A DNA stretch of 64,000 bases. It comes from Nanobdellota archaeon. Its GTDB lineage: Archaea; Nanobdellota; Nanobdellia; Woesearchaeales; JBHPFW01. The position numbers and the translations under genes were made by a program. The notes under the pieces are model-generated. The model was not told the DNA's origin. It made no database searches and saw only the letters and a program-made list of their open reading frames with translations. Shown here piece after piece: positions 55,114 to 64,000 of this stretch; positions within the stretch are counted from its first letter, which is position 1, and every line of letters begins with the position of its first letter. The stretch covers positions 1,536 to 65,535 of the forward strand of contig JBHPFW010000005.1 of the NCBI GenBank assembly GCA_042571645.1, read 5' to 3'.

Positions 55114-56577
55114 TCATCCCTTCCTAACAACATCCCTAAACTCCCTCTCATATTTCTTAGCCCATGAATTATAGAATCTGATTGCTCCAATTGAAGTTAA
55201 TGGTTCTGCTATTCCATAACCTTGGACATTATGACATCCACTTGAGTAAAGAGATCTCATTTGGTCTGGGGTGTTAACACCTTCTGCTATAACAGTAATT
55301 CCATACTTGCTGGCTAAATCTATTACAGCTTTGATCTCTTCTGCATACTTCCTATAATTTTTCCCGGTAATTATCGATTTGTCAAGTTTTAGTATGTCTG
55401 GCTTTAGATCCTTTAATTTAAATAAACTTGTTGCTTTTGATCCAAAATCATCTATAGATATTCCAACTCCTAGTCCTCTTAGATCATTTATAATCTTAAT
55501 AGCATTATCATCAACAACAATATCCTCATTTAATTCCAAAACAATATATTGAGGATCAACTTTGGAAAGTTCTAATGCATCTTCTACAGTCTGTACATAT
55601 TTTTCTGAAAAGAATTCTTTTTTACTAACATTTACTGAAACTGTAAAATCATTATATCCTTTATCTAGCCATTTTTTTCTTTGTTCACCTGCATGATATA
55701 ATACCCAACCACCAATGTCTAGAATTAATGACTTTCTTTCGGCAAATGGTAAGAAATCATCTGGCATGATAATTCCGCGATCAGGATGATCCCATCTTAT
55801 TAATGCTTCATATCCTTTTATTTCCCCTGAAGAAAGATCTACAATTGGTTGATATTGCAAAAAGAATTCATGCTTTCTAATTGCAATTATTAAATCTTCT
55901 TGAAGCTGATGAAGGTCTTTAACTTTTCTCTGTAAACTAGAATCATAATAAGCAACATTTTTCCCTTGCTCCCTGGCACTTAACATTGCAAGATCTGCTT
56001 GAGTCACAAGATCTTCTGGAGTGAGTTCATTGCTTTGTTGAGGATAAGTTGTTATACCAATAGTTGATAATATTTGCAACTCTATTCCTTGATATTGGAA
56101 AGGGTGTTCAAGTGCTCGTGTTATCTTTCTTACTTCTCTGTCAATATCAAATTCATTGTTAATTCCTGAATAAACTAATACAAATTCATCACCAAAAGTT
56201 CTTGCAGCAATATCTTTATCAATTACAACCCTGCTAAGTCTCTCGCCTGTTTCTCTTAAAAGTTCCTCAGCTACTGTTCTTCCATGATTCTGGATAATAT
56301 TCATAAATCCACTTATATCTAAAAGCATTACAGTAAAATCATCCTCAGCAGCTATTAAATCTTCAATATGACTGTACAATTTTGTTCTGTTTGCTAAGCC
56401 AGTTAAAGAATCCCGATAAGCAATATTTTCCAAATCATCAAGCTTCCCTGTGAGTTCATCCAGCTGTCCAAGTATATCTCCGGTATCAGTTTCTGACCCT
56501 GTTTTTCTTAGCCCAGCAAGCAACTCTTTTATCCTACCAACTAAATCAAAGTCCCTCATAGATTTTGGTAATAGCAC
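55114..56577 (-). CDS. GGDEF-EAL protein (degenerate cyclase, apparently intact EAL phosphodiesterase)
   Basis: DSLTGLANR and RTFGDEF; QPIV, EALIRW, SVNVS, LELNE, IDDFG, LKLDKS, AEGV and QGY motifs. Confidence 0.92.
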   Translation of the reverse strand: MLLPKSMRDFDLVGRIKELLAGLRKTGSETDTGDILGQLDELTGKLDDLENIAYRDSLTGLANRTKLYSHIEDLIAAEDDFTVMLLDISGFMNIIQNHGRTVAEELLRETGERLSRVVIDKDIAARTFGDEFVLVYSGINNEFDIDREVRKITRALEHPFQYQGIELQILSTIGITTYPQQSNELTPEDLVTQADLAMLSAREQGKNVAYYDSSLQRKVKDLHQLQEDLIIAIRKHEFFLQYQPIVDLSSGEIKGYEALIRWDHPDRGIIMPDDFLPFAERKSLILDIGGWVLYHAGEQRKKWLDKGYNDFTVSVNVSKKEFFSEKYVQTVEDALELSKVDPQYIVLELNEDIVVDDNAIKIINDLRGLGVGISIDDFGSKATSLFKLKDLKPDILKLDKSIITGKNYRKYAEEIKAVIDLASKYGITVIAEGVNTPDQMRSLYSSGCHNVQGYGIAEPLTSIGAIRFYNSWAKKYEREFRDVVRKG

Positions 56578-56670
56578 AGAAGATATAAATCTTTCGAAGC
56601 ATAACGTCTACAAAGTAGTTACATTCATATAGCTTGAAACTTAAGAATTCAATGGTTTAAGACAATAAGG

Positions 56671-57360
56671 TTATTTATTCTCCTTCCTAACAATCTTCAA
56701 TAATTCTCTAACATCCCCTATTTCATAATCAGCATAATCTTTTGGAATGCCTCTGTGCTTGACACTATAACCATACTTTGCAAAACAAGTTTTCATGCCT
56801 AATTTCTTTGCTCCCCTGACATCTCTTTCAGGCCAATCCCCAATCATTAATACTTCTTCTGGTTCTAATTTGAGTGAAGTTAAAGCTAATTTGAAAGGCT
56901 TTGGATGAGGCTTAAATTTCTTAGTATCATCATGTGTTATAACTAAATCAAAATAATGTGTTAATCTTAATGCAGCCAACCTAGTCCAAGCTCTCATTCT
57001 AGGAGCATCACTTACAACTGCCAACTTAATTCCTTTTTGTTTTAATCCCATTAATGTTGAATTAACATGAGGATATGTATTCAAAAATCCTTCTTTAACT
57101 TTTCTGTAAGAAACAATTCCATTAGCTAAAATACAATAATCAATTTTCTTATTTAATTTTGTGAGTACTTTCTGGAATATTGTTTTGTCTTCAATGCCAT
57201 GTTTATCATAAAGCTCGTAAAGAATCTTTAGGCCCTTTTTCTTATCAACATTCAATCCAGCATCTCTCATTGCAGACATTGCCTCTTCACAGGCATGCTT
57301 CTTCATCTTCATGAAATCCATTAGTGTATTGTCCAAATCAAATAGTACTGCTTTTATCAT
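56671..57360 (-). CDS. HAD-family hydrolase (YjjG-like nucleotidase class)
   Basis: FDLDNTL, KPHP and IGD...DV.GA...GM motifs. Confidence 0.9.
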   Translation of the reverse strand: MIKAVLFDLDNTLMDFMKMKKHACEEAMSAMRDAGLNVDKKKGLKILYELYDKHGIEDKTIFQKVLTKLNKKIDYCILANGIVSYRKVKEGFLNTYPHVNSTLMGLKQKGIKLAVVSDAPRMRAWTRLAALRLTHYFDLVITHDDTKKFKPHPKPFKLALTSLKLEPEEVLMIGDWPERDVRGAKKLGMKTCFAKYGYSVKHRGIPKDYADYEIGDVRELLKIVRKENK

Positions 57361-57418
57361 ATCAAGAAAAAATACACTTTAGCTTATTAAGTTTATGGAA
57401 GAAAAAGGATAAATATGG

Positions 57419-59251
57419 TCAAAAACCAAAATATTTCTTATAATTTTCCTGCAAGACCTTTTTTGACTGTATTAATCTAATTATCTCTTGCATCTTCTTT
57501 TCCTTAGTTAGTATGTTCTTGATTTGTTTTGGATATTTTTGCTGGAGTTCCTCTTCCAAAACAAGAGCAGTATCAAGATAACCATCAAAATTAGAAGAAT
57601 AAGATGCATCTACAATATGCTTATAACTACTCCGATAAGGCAGATTTATTAAATCTGTTGGCTTTGTGAATTCACATAATCTTGCCGCAATTTGATCTTC
57701 AGAGAAGTTAGAATAAGTATGAATTTCATTTGAAACAAAAATATTCACAAGATCCACTAAGTTATTCAATAAAACCAAAAGCACTGCAATTTGTTTGTTA
57801 AATCTTTTGTCTTTATAGTTTTCATTTATAATCTTAAAGCTGCTATGAATAATACGTATTGTTTCAAAAATAATTTCTGAATTCTTAAAAAGACCATTTT
57901 CATGTTCTCCTACATTATGATTTTTTCTTATAAACTTAGTAGCTAAATGAGCTTGGTTTTGATAAGTCGAAAACTCCCTCGATATTGTACCTACATCTGC
58001 AGATTCATATGAAAAATATGCATTTAAAGATTCTTTTGCAAAAGATTCTAATAATTTATGGTGTGGGGAATAACCATAACTGGGATGAGCGAGTTCAGAT
58101 CTCCCAACCTTAAGCAAAAAGTTATTAGCTGCATTATACACGCTGCCTTGTTCAACAATCAATAAACCTATACCTAACTTATGAAATTGTTTTCTTATTT
58201 CCTCTAACTCCTCATCTGTTTTGAAAATACTTTTAGCAACAATTACAAAGGAATCTGGAGGTATCTTTAAATTTCCTTCTACAAACGTATCACTAGGCCC
58301 AAATTTAATAATTCTATGTTTAGGAAAATTATACATAGGTATGATGATTACGACTTTTTTATCTTTCCAAGAATGTGATTCGCCAACAGCATCTACATCT
58401 TTAACAACATGGTTTAAAGTAAAATGTATTGTTGAAAATGTAGGAAAAATACCATGTGTTTCGTCAGTAAAAACATTTTCGTGAAGAGATAGTGAACTTC
58501 TTATAACTCCTTTGTAAGGAAATTGATTTGTTAGATGAACTAGAAGAAGACCCTCTATTGTCCCGGGATATTTTAATGATGATTTAGAGCCCGCATAATA
58601 AGAAAAAATTAATGAGTACTCCATTAGTATGCTGGAAAATTCGGAGACTATTAATTGAAATAATTTTTGAGATAACTCATTTTCTTTGTTTAAAATCTCA
58701 TTGATTTCATCATAATCTTCTTTTTCTTTGTAAAAAATGTTAAACTTGGGCAGGACTTCTTTTTGTTTTTCTAATACTTCTTTTAATTGAGGAACAGTTG
58801 TTCTAATCTCCTGATCTAATGCATGGATTTGTTCTGTTAATGCTTTTGTCTTTTTAATTTGGACTATTAATTCTAAATCTTTCTTAAACCTCTCAGTTAT
58901 TCCTGCGCCCAAAAATGACTCTTTATTAAACACGCCATTTAAAAAATTCAACAACGGATTCTCTTTTTCTAACAAAGCTATTTCAGAATTAATTATTTTA
59001 ATCTGTTTGTTTGAAGCTTTGATTAATTGTTTTTTTAGAAATTTTCTTTTGTTAAAATTCATATCTGCAATTTTTTCCAATATATCAACTTTTAATTTAG
59101 AAAGATATAAAAAATTATTAAGAAGTGTTTTATTTTGTTTTAAATAATCTTTTAAGCTATTTAGTTTCTTTGATACTTCAGGAGGATTCTCTTTTAATAC
59201 ATCCTGAATGAATTGTTTTAAGTTCATATACTCATCTAAAACAAGATCCAT
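57419..59251 (-). CDS. hypothetical protein with helical N-terminus and central putative catalytic domain
   Basis: LVHLT..FP, TIHFTLNH.V, SW...IIIP and SDT motifs. Confidence 0.6.
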   Translation of the reverse strand: MDLVLDEYMNLKQFIQDVLKENPPEVSKKLNSLKDYLKQNKTLLNNFLYLSKLKVDILEKIADMNFNKRKFLKKQLIKASNKQIKIINSEIALLEKENPLLNFLNGVFNKESFLGAGITERFKKDLELIVQIKKTKALTEQIHALDQEIRTTVPQLKEVLEKQKEVLPKFNIFYKEKEDYDEINEILNKENELSQKLFQLIVSEFSSILMEYSLIFSYYAGSKSSLKYPGTIEGLLLVHLTNQFPYKGVIRSSLSLHENVFTDETHGIFPTFSTIHFTLNHVVKDVDAVGESHSWKDKKVVIIIPMYNFPKHRIIKFGPSDTFVEGNLKIPPDSFVIVAKSIFKTDEELEEIRKQFHKLGIGLLIVEQGSVYNAANNFLLKVGRSELAHPSYGYSPHHKLLESFAKESLNAYFSYESADVGTISREFSTYQNQAHLATKFIRKNHNVGEHENGLFKNSEIIFETIRIIHSSFKIINENYKDKRFNKQIAVLLVLLNNLVDLVNIFVSNEIHTYSNFSEDQIAARLCEFTKPTDLINLPYRSSYKHIVDASYSSNFDGYLDTALVLEEELQQKYPKQIKNILTKEKKMQEIIRLIQSKKVLQENYKKYFGF

Positions 59252-59284
59252 TTAAATATGTTTTCAAAAAATAAAGTTCTCAAA

Positions 59285-60763
59285 TCAAGAATTAGATACT
59301 TTGGATAGCTCTTTTTCTTCCTTCAATTCTTTCTCTTTTTCTTTTTTCATCTTTCTAAATTTTCTTCTTGCTTCCTTCTGCTCCTCAGTTAATGGCTCGC
59401 GTTTAGCTTTTGGTTTATTTAACTTGTCTTCTTCTTTTTTCTTCTCGCGATTTATTCCGCGGATTTTTTTAATAGCATAATTAGCAGGATTCTTGACATA
59501 ATTACAATAACTATCTGGCGTGCATATCTGCATTCCTTTGTAATACATGTCATTATCACAATTTGGCGGCAGAATTTTCTTTTTGTGCTGTTTGTGATAT
59601 CTTAGCTGACCAACAATTAAGTTCTCCCGCAAAGGTTCTGGATTTTTTTCATTCCACTGCTTCATTAATTCCTCTATTTTTTCATAACTCCAGCCGCAAG
59701 TTGTTAAGAAATTAATCAGGATAAACATTGATCTTTTTTTTCCATCCTGTAATCCTTTTAAAATATTTTTTATGCATGGAGGGAATAATTCTTCAGGTAT
59801 TGCATTTTGTATCTGGGCGAATTCCTTGTGTTGTTTCTCTGCAGAATCACTTGAAAATATTTTTTCTCTTCTTTCTTTTTCTTTTACATCCTCTTTTACT
59901 TCAAAATCATAGGCATTTATTAAAAGAGATTTTGCTTCTCCTGATTTTGCTTTTTCTCTGTCAAGAAATTTGTATTTATTGACTTCAACCTTTTCTGGCT
60001 TGGCTGATTCCTTATCAAATTCTAAGATTTTATTCGGATCTACTGGTACAGAAACTAACCCTGATTTTTCATTAAATGAATAAGGCATTCTATAAAGATG
60101 CCTTGAAGATATTAGAATTGTGTCGATTGCTAGTACTTTGAAAGGATCAAAGATATTATTTTTTACAACTTCATTAAATTCTTTTCCTGTCTTTTTTATT
60201 ATCTCAGTAACTTCTTCTTTATCCAATAATGCTTTTGCTAATTTTTTTCTTATCATCTCCTGAAGATATAGTGCAACTCTTTTCGGGCCTTCTGGAAATA
60301 ATAATCTTGCTTCATTTCCAGTAATTGTTTCTGGAAATGATTCAAACGGCACTGCTATATGAAAGCCGTGATTTCCAGAGAATTTTATGGATACTGCATT
60401 TATGTCATGATATTGCAATGCTTTTACAATTAAATCTGCGGCAATACTAGAATACTCCAGAACAGGACAATCTATATCCAGCATTAAATCCCACCCAATC
60501 CTTAAATCATCCATTTCCTGTTTCTTTAGAGATGTATTTATCTGCAATGGATTATGCCATAATTCTTCAGAAGCATGAAAACTTGTAGCGCCCTGTTTGG
60601 CAAACTCCAAAACATCATTTGGATAATGTAAAGAATCTGGGCGTTTACCAAAACCATTATCCCCAAATTTAACAGCTATTTCCTTATTTTTTGCAGCTGC
60701 CACTATTGCTTTCTGTATTTCTGGTCGTTTGTAAAATAACAAAGTTGTACTTATATTGAGCAT
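59285..60763 (-). CDS. fused archaeal DNA primase (PriS catalytic + PriL Fe-S domain)
   Basis: LDID, KFSGNHGFHI and RMPYS motifs; then FPPCI, PPNC, C....C and NP. Confidence 0.92.
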   Translation of the reverse strand: MLNISTTLLFYKRPEIQKAIVAAAKNKEIAVKFGDNGFGKRPDSLHYPNDVLEFAKQGATSFHASEELWHNPLQINTSLKKQEMDDLRIGWDLMLDIDCPVLEYSSIAADLIVKALQYHDINAVSIKFSGNHGFHIAVPFESFPETITGNEARLLFPEGPKRVALYLQEMIRKKLAKALLDKEEVTEIIKKTGKEFNEVVKNNIFDPFKVLAIDTILISSRHLYRMPYSFNEKSGLVSVPVDPNKILEFDKESAKPEKVEVNKYKFLDREKAKSGEAKSLLINAYDFEVKEDVKEKERREKIFSSDSAEKQHKEFAQIQNAIPEELFPPCIKNILKGLQDGKKRSMFILINFLTTCGWSYEKIEELMKQWNEKNPEPLRENLIVGQLRYHKQHKKKILPPNCDNDMYYKGMQICTPDSYCNYVKNPANYAIKKIRGINREKKKEEDKLNKPKAKREPLTEEQKEARRKFRKMKKEKEKELKEEKELSKVSNS

Positions 60764-60875
60764 CTGACACCCCTATTAGACGGGTAGGGATAATTTGTTT
60801 ATAAGCTTTTTGAAGTATTAATAAAAGGTTTTAAGCCATAATATTAATAAGTGGAGAAAATCTAAACATATAATC

Positions 60876-61268
60876 ATGACACCAAAAACACCTTTACTGG
60901 CAGTTGACATAATAATTAAACACTCTGATGGTATTGTCTTAGTTGAAAGAAAATATGAGCCATTTGGATGTTGCATTCCAGGGGGATTTGTAGATATTGG
61001 AGAAACAGTTGAACAAGCCGCCATCCGAGAAGCAAAAGAAGAAACTGGTTTGGATGTTGAATTAGAAAGGCAATTCCACACTTATTCTGATCCTTCAAGA
61101 GACCCCAGAAGTCATTCTGTTGCAGTTGTGTTTATTGCAAATGCTAAAGGAGAACTTAAAGCAGGAGATGATGCTAAAGAAGCAAAAATATTCTCATTAG
61201 ATAATCTGCCTGAATTAGTTTTTGATCACAACAAAATTTTAGAAGATTTCAAGAATAATAAATATTAG
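60876..61268 (+). CDS. NUDIX hydrolase
   Basis: PGGFVDIGETVEQAAIREAKEETGL Nudix box; RDPR and AGDDA motifs. Confidence 0.95.
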   Translation: MTPKTPLLAVDIIIKHSDGIVLVERKYEPFGCCIPGGFVDIGETVEQAAIREAKEETGLDVELERQFHTYSDPSRDPRSHSVAVVFIANAKGELKAGDDAKEAKIFSLDNLPELVFDHNKILEDFKNNKY

Positions 61269-61271
61269 AAA

Positions 61272-61628
61272 ATGGAAATTATTGACTTAGAATATTGGCT
61301 TTCTGAACTAAAACATTCTGACAAACTAATTCTTGTAGAAGGCAAAAAAGACATTACTGCTCTCACTAATCTTGGAATTAATGAAACTAATATTGTTTCT
61401 CTTTCAAAAAAAGATTTATTTAATTTAGCAGAAGATATTTCCAAAAAACACAAAGAAATAATCTTATTAACTGACTTAGACAAAGAAGGCAAACTTCTTT
61501 ACGGCAAACTAAAAAAACTATTTGATGAAATGGGTGTTAAAGTTGACTTAACATTCAGAGAATGGCTGCAGAACAATACTAAGTTAAGTCATATTGAAGG
61601 AATTGATACTTATTATGAGAAAAATTAA
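61272..61628 (+). CDS. small stand-alone Toprim-domain protein
   Basis: LVEGKKD and LLTDLDKEG motifs. Confidence 0.9.
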   Translation: MEIIDLEYWLSELKHSDKLILVEGKKDITALTNLGINETNIVSLSKKDLFNLAEDISKKHKEIILLTDLDKEGKLLYGKLKKLFDEMGVKVDLTFREWLQNNTKLSHIEGIDTYYEKN

Positions 61629-62110
61629 TCTAATCCTAATTCTATTCTCAAATAATCAACTGCTGTGTCTGTGTCATTAAAGCCTAGTTTTTTTCCTTTT
61701 AATTCAGGTCTGGAAAAATCTTTTCTCACAACATACATTCCATTATCATCTGATGAACAAATATAACCAATATCTAAATCAGAACGCTTTATAGAAATTC
61801 TATCAACAGACAAATCAGGACCTTGTCCATTATATCCCTTTATCGGTTGAGTTATTGGAATTGTTCCAGTTATTCCACCTTTTGATAATCCCAAATAAAT
61901 ATCTCTGTATGGTTGGGGTGTTGTTTTCTTTATTCTGATTCCTTGGCCTGCCACTTCATAATCTGCACCTATAAAAAATTCACGTAAAATTAACTCAACT
62001 AATTCTGGTTTATCAAGCTCTCCTAAAAAATTAGTTCCTACTTTGCCTTTGCCCCCTGAAGCTATTCCTGCATATTCACTTAAAAATTGCTTTAATTCTG
62101 TAGTAATCAT
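61625..62110 (-). CDS. hypothetical protein
   Basis: Likely ATG at 62110, downstream of a TTTATAA-like box. Confidence 0.55.
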   Translation of the reverse strand: MITTELKQFLSEYAGIASGGKGKVGTNFLGELDKPELVELILREFFIGADYEVAGQGIRIKKTTPQPYRDIYLGLSKGGITGTIPITQPIKGYNGQGPDLSVDRISIKRSDLDIGYICSSDDNGMYVVRKDFSRPELKGKKLGFNDTDTAVDYLRIELGLD

Positions 62111-62190
62111 TTTAGAGGGGTTTTGATAACCTTTTATAAGTTTTATCAAGGATCAACTTTAAATATAACTTCTTCATTACTGTTTATAAA

Positions 62191-63036
62191 ATGTTCAACA
62201 GACTAAAAACAGCAGTACTCTTAGCATCTTTAGCTGGATTAATGTTATTCATAGGCTATCTTCTAGGCGGCTATCAGGGCTTAACTATTGGTCTAATTAT
62301 TGCTTTAATATTTAACTTTGGCAGTTATTGGTTTTCTGACAGAATAGTATTAGCTATGTACAAAGCTAAGGAAGTAAAAGATCAGGGTCATCATTTGTAT
62401 AAAATTGTAAAAGATGTCTCTCATTTAGCTAATATTCCTATGCCTAAGGTTTACATTATTCCTTCTGCTCAAAGCAATGCTTTTGCTTGTGGTCGTGATT
62501 ATAATCATTCAGCTGTTGCAGCTACAGAAGGCCTCTTAAATTTAATGAATCAAGATGAACTTAAAGGAGTAATAGCTCATGAAGTATCACACATTAAAAA
62601 CCGAGACATTCTGATCCAAACAATTGCTGCTACTATTGCTGCAGTTATTTCTTATGTTGCTATGATGGCTAGATGGGCTGCTATTTTTGGTGGGTTTGGC
62701 GGCAGAGACAAAAACAATTCTGGCATCTTGGAATTTTTGGCTCTAGCTATTCTGGCACCTATACTTGCATTAATTATTCAATTAGCTATTTCCAGAAGCA
62801 GAGAATATCTTGCAGATGCATCAGCAGCTAAACTTCTTCATAGTCCATTTGGCCTAGCTAATGCTTTAGAAAAACTTGATGTAGATGGGAAAAAGAACCG
62901 CATGAGACTTGGAAATCCTTCTACAGCACATATGTTTATCTCAAATCCATTTAGAGGCAACTTCTTGATGTCTATTCTTAGCACACATCCTCCTGCTAAA
63001 TCTAGGATTAAAAAACTAAGAGATATGAACATATAA
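62191..63036 (+). CDS. htpX: zinc metalloprotease HtpX (M48)
   Basis: NAFA.G, AHEVSH, SRSREYLAD and STHP motifs. Confidence 0.96.
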   Translation: MFNRLKTAVLLASLAGLMLFIGYLLGGYQGLTIGLIIALIFNFGSYWFSDRIVLAMYKAKEVKDQGHHLYKIVKDVSHLANIPMPKVYIIPSAQSNAFACGRDYNHSAVAATEGLLNLMNQDELKGVIAHEVSHIKNRDILIQTIAATIAAVISYVAMMARWAAIFGGFGGRDKNNSGILEFLALAILAPILALIIQLAISRSREYLADASAAKLLHSPFGLANALEKLDVDGKKNRMRLGNPSTAHMFISNPFRGNFLMSILSTHPPAKSRIKKLRDMNI

Positions 63037-63037
63037 C

Positions 63038-63050
63038 TTGCCACTGGACA
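63038..63050 (+). promoter_or_regulatory. palindromic box 4 (TTGCCACTGGACA), 15 bp upstream of TTTATAAT
   Basis: TATA-like sequence at 63066; the next gene is the LAGLIDADG ORF at 63200. Confidence 0.65.
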
Positions 63051-63199
63051 TTTGTGGTCACCAGATTTATAATACAATTACTATTTCTTTTTTGATATAT
63101 TCACATTTTAAATTCCAAAATAGTTCATTTCCAAATAATGATTTTTGTTCTCACTAAAAATCAATTAGGGAAATCTCACTCAATAAATAATGATTTAAA

Positions 63200-64000
63200 A
63201 TGGTTTTAAAAAATAATGATCAAAAAACTCAAATAAGCAAATTTCATATAAACCAGCTTCCGTCAGATAGGATTTTTATTTTGTTAGAACAAAAATTTCA
63301 TAAAGAAATATTCTCAAGAATTGAATATAAAAAGCTGCCCAAAATCAACAAGTTGTTTTTTAAAAATCATCTAAATGCACATACTGTTAAACAGTGGAAA
63401 AGCAGAAAACACTTCATACCGCTTTGGTTTCTAATTAAATTAAACAAATTGTTCCCCGAATATTCCATACAAAAAATAGAGAAAAACATTCTTGCCTATA
63501 GGGGGCCATCTACATCTGCCATAATAAAAAATCCTGATTTTCCAATAAAAGAAGACTCAAGATTATTAAAAATAATGGCTCATCTCCTCGGAGATGGTTC
63601 TGTGGGTGGCGGTTTTGGAAGTAACCTTCCTAAAGGAAAACAACATTCAGAATATAGAAATTTCACACCTGAATTATTAGATGGTTTCGAAAGGGATTTA
63701 TCTGTTTTTGGAGAAGTTCCAACAACTAAAAATTACGAAAGGGGAACATTAATAATTCCTAATCTTATCGGCTATATCTTAGAACATATTTACAATATAA
63801 AATTCGATACATTTAATTCAAGAATTCCTGAGAAGTTATTTGAAATTGAGCCTGAATTAATTGCTTTTTTCTTAAGAGCATTTGCTGATGATGAAGGACA
63901 TGTTTATGATAGCTCAATTGATTATTATTCAAATAACAAGAAACTTTTAACAGACATACTCTCCTTAATAAATAAAGCATTTACCAGAGTTAAGACTTCA
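63200..64000 (+). CDS. free-standing double-motif LAGLIDADG endonuclease-like protein (runs off window)
   Basis: Manual translation from ATG 63200 is open to the window end: MVLKNND...TVKQWK..KHFIPL (HTH-like)...IMAHLLGDG...FLRAFADDEG. Not in the ORF track. Confidence 0.85.
   Translation, partial: MVLKNNDQKTQISKFHINQLPSDRIFILLEQKFHKEIFSRIEYKKLPKINKLFFKNHLNAHTVKQWKSRKHFIPLWFLIKLNKLFPEYSIQKIEKNILAYRGPSTSAIIKNPDFPIKEDSRLLKIMAHLLGDGSVGGGFGSNLPKGKQHSEYRNFTPELLDGFERDLSVFGEVPTTKNYERGTLIIPNLIGYILEHIYNIKFDTFNSRIPEKLFEIEPELIAFFLRAFADDEGHVYDSSIDYYSNNKKLLTDILSLINKAFTRVKTS

Noticed and set aside
1-64000. Alternative genetic code, programmed frameshifts, tRNA/rRNA genes
   Set aside because: Conserved genes are full length under code 11 with TAA, TAG and TGA all used as stops; no tRNA or rRNA signatures were seen by eye (tRNAscan-SE would be decisive).

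Overview
AT-rich archaeal chromosome segment, most likely a DPANN archaeon of the Woesearchaeota/Nanobdellota type. This rests on a fused PriS-PriL primase, an archaeal histone, FEN1, Hjc, EndA and an archaeal S10/spc ribosomal superoperon (L3 to secY-DUF106, about 37.9-54.8 kb). The rest is mixed housekeeping and accessory genes. I found no tRNA, rRNA or CRISPR array. Strongest new signals: (1) a 13-bp near-palindromic box, TNNCCA[C/G]TGGACA, occurs four times, each 15 bp before a TATA-like box. In three cases it ends exactly 46 bp before the start codon (hjc, a YprB/MrfB-like exonuclease, a wHTH gene); the fourth precedes a free-standing LAGLIDADG gene. This is a candidate DNA-repair regulon with an ORB-like operator. 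(2) A coupled operon of carbamoyltransferase, SelO-like kinase-fold protein and an arginase with a rewired active site, divergent from a TrmB-like regulator. (3) Trm5 with a complete metal-binding endonuclease IV/xylose isomerase-like TIM barrel inserted in its methyltransferase domain. (4) A GGDEF(degenerate)-EAL(intact) protein in an archaeon. (5) Structured non-coding inserts, one of them flanked by a recoded duplicate of the secY 3' end. (6) An AsnB-Dph6 fusion, and charged low-complexity tails on many ribosomal proteins. All family assignments come from motif recognition by eye, not from database searches.
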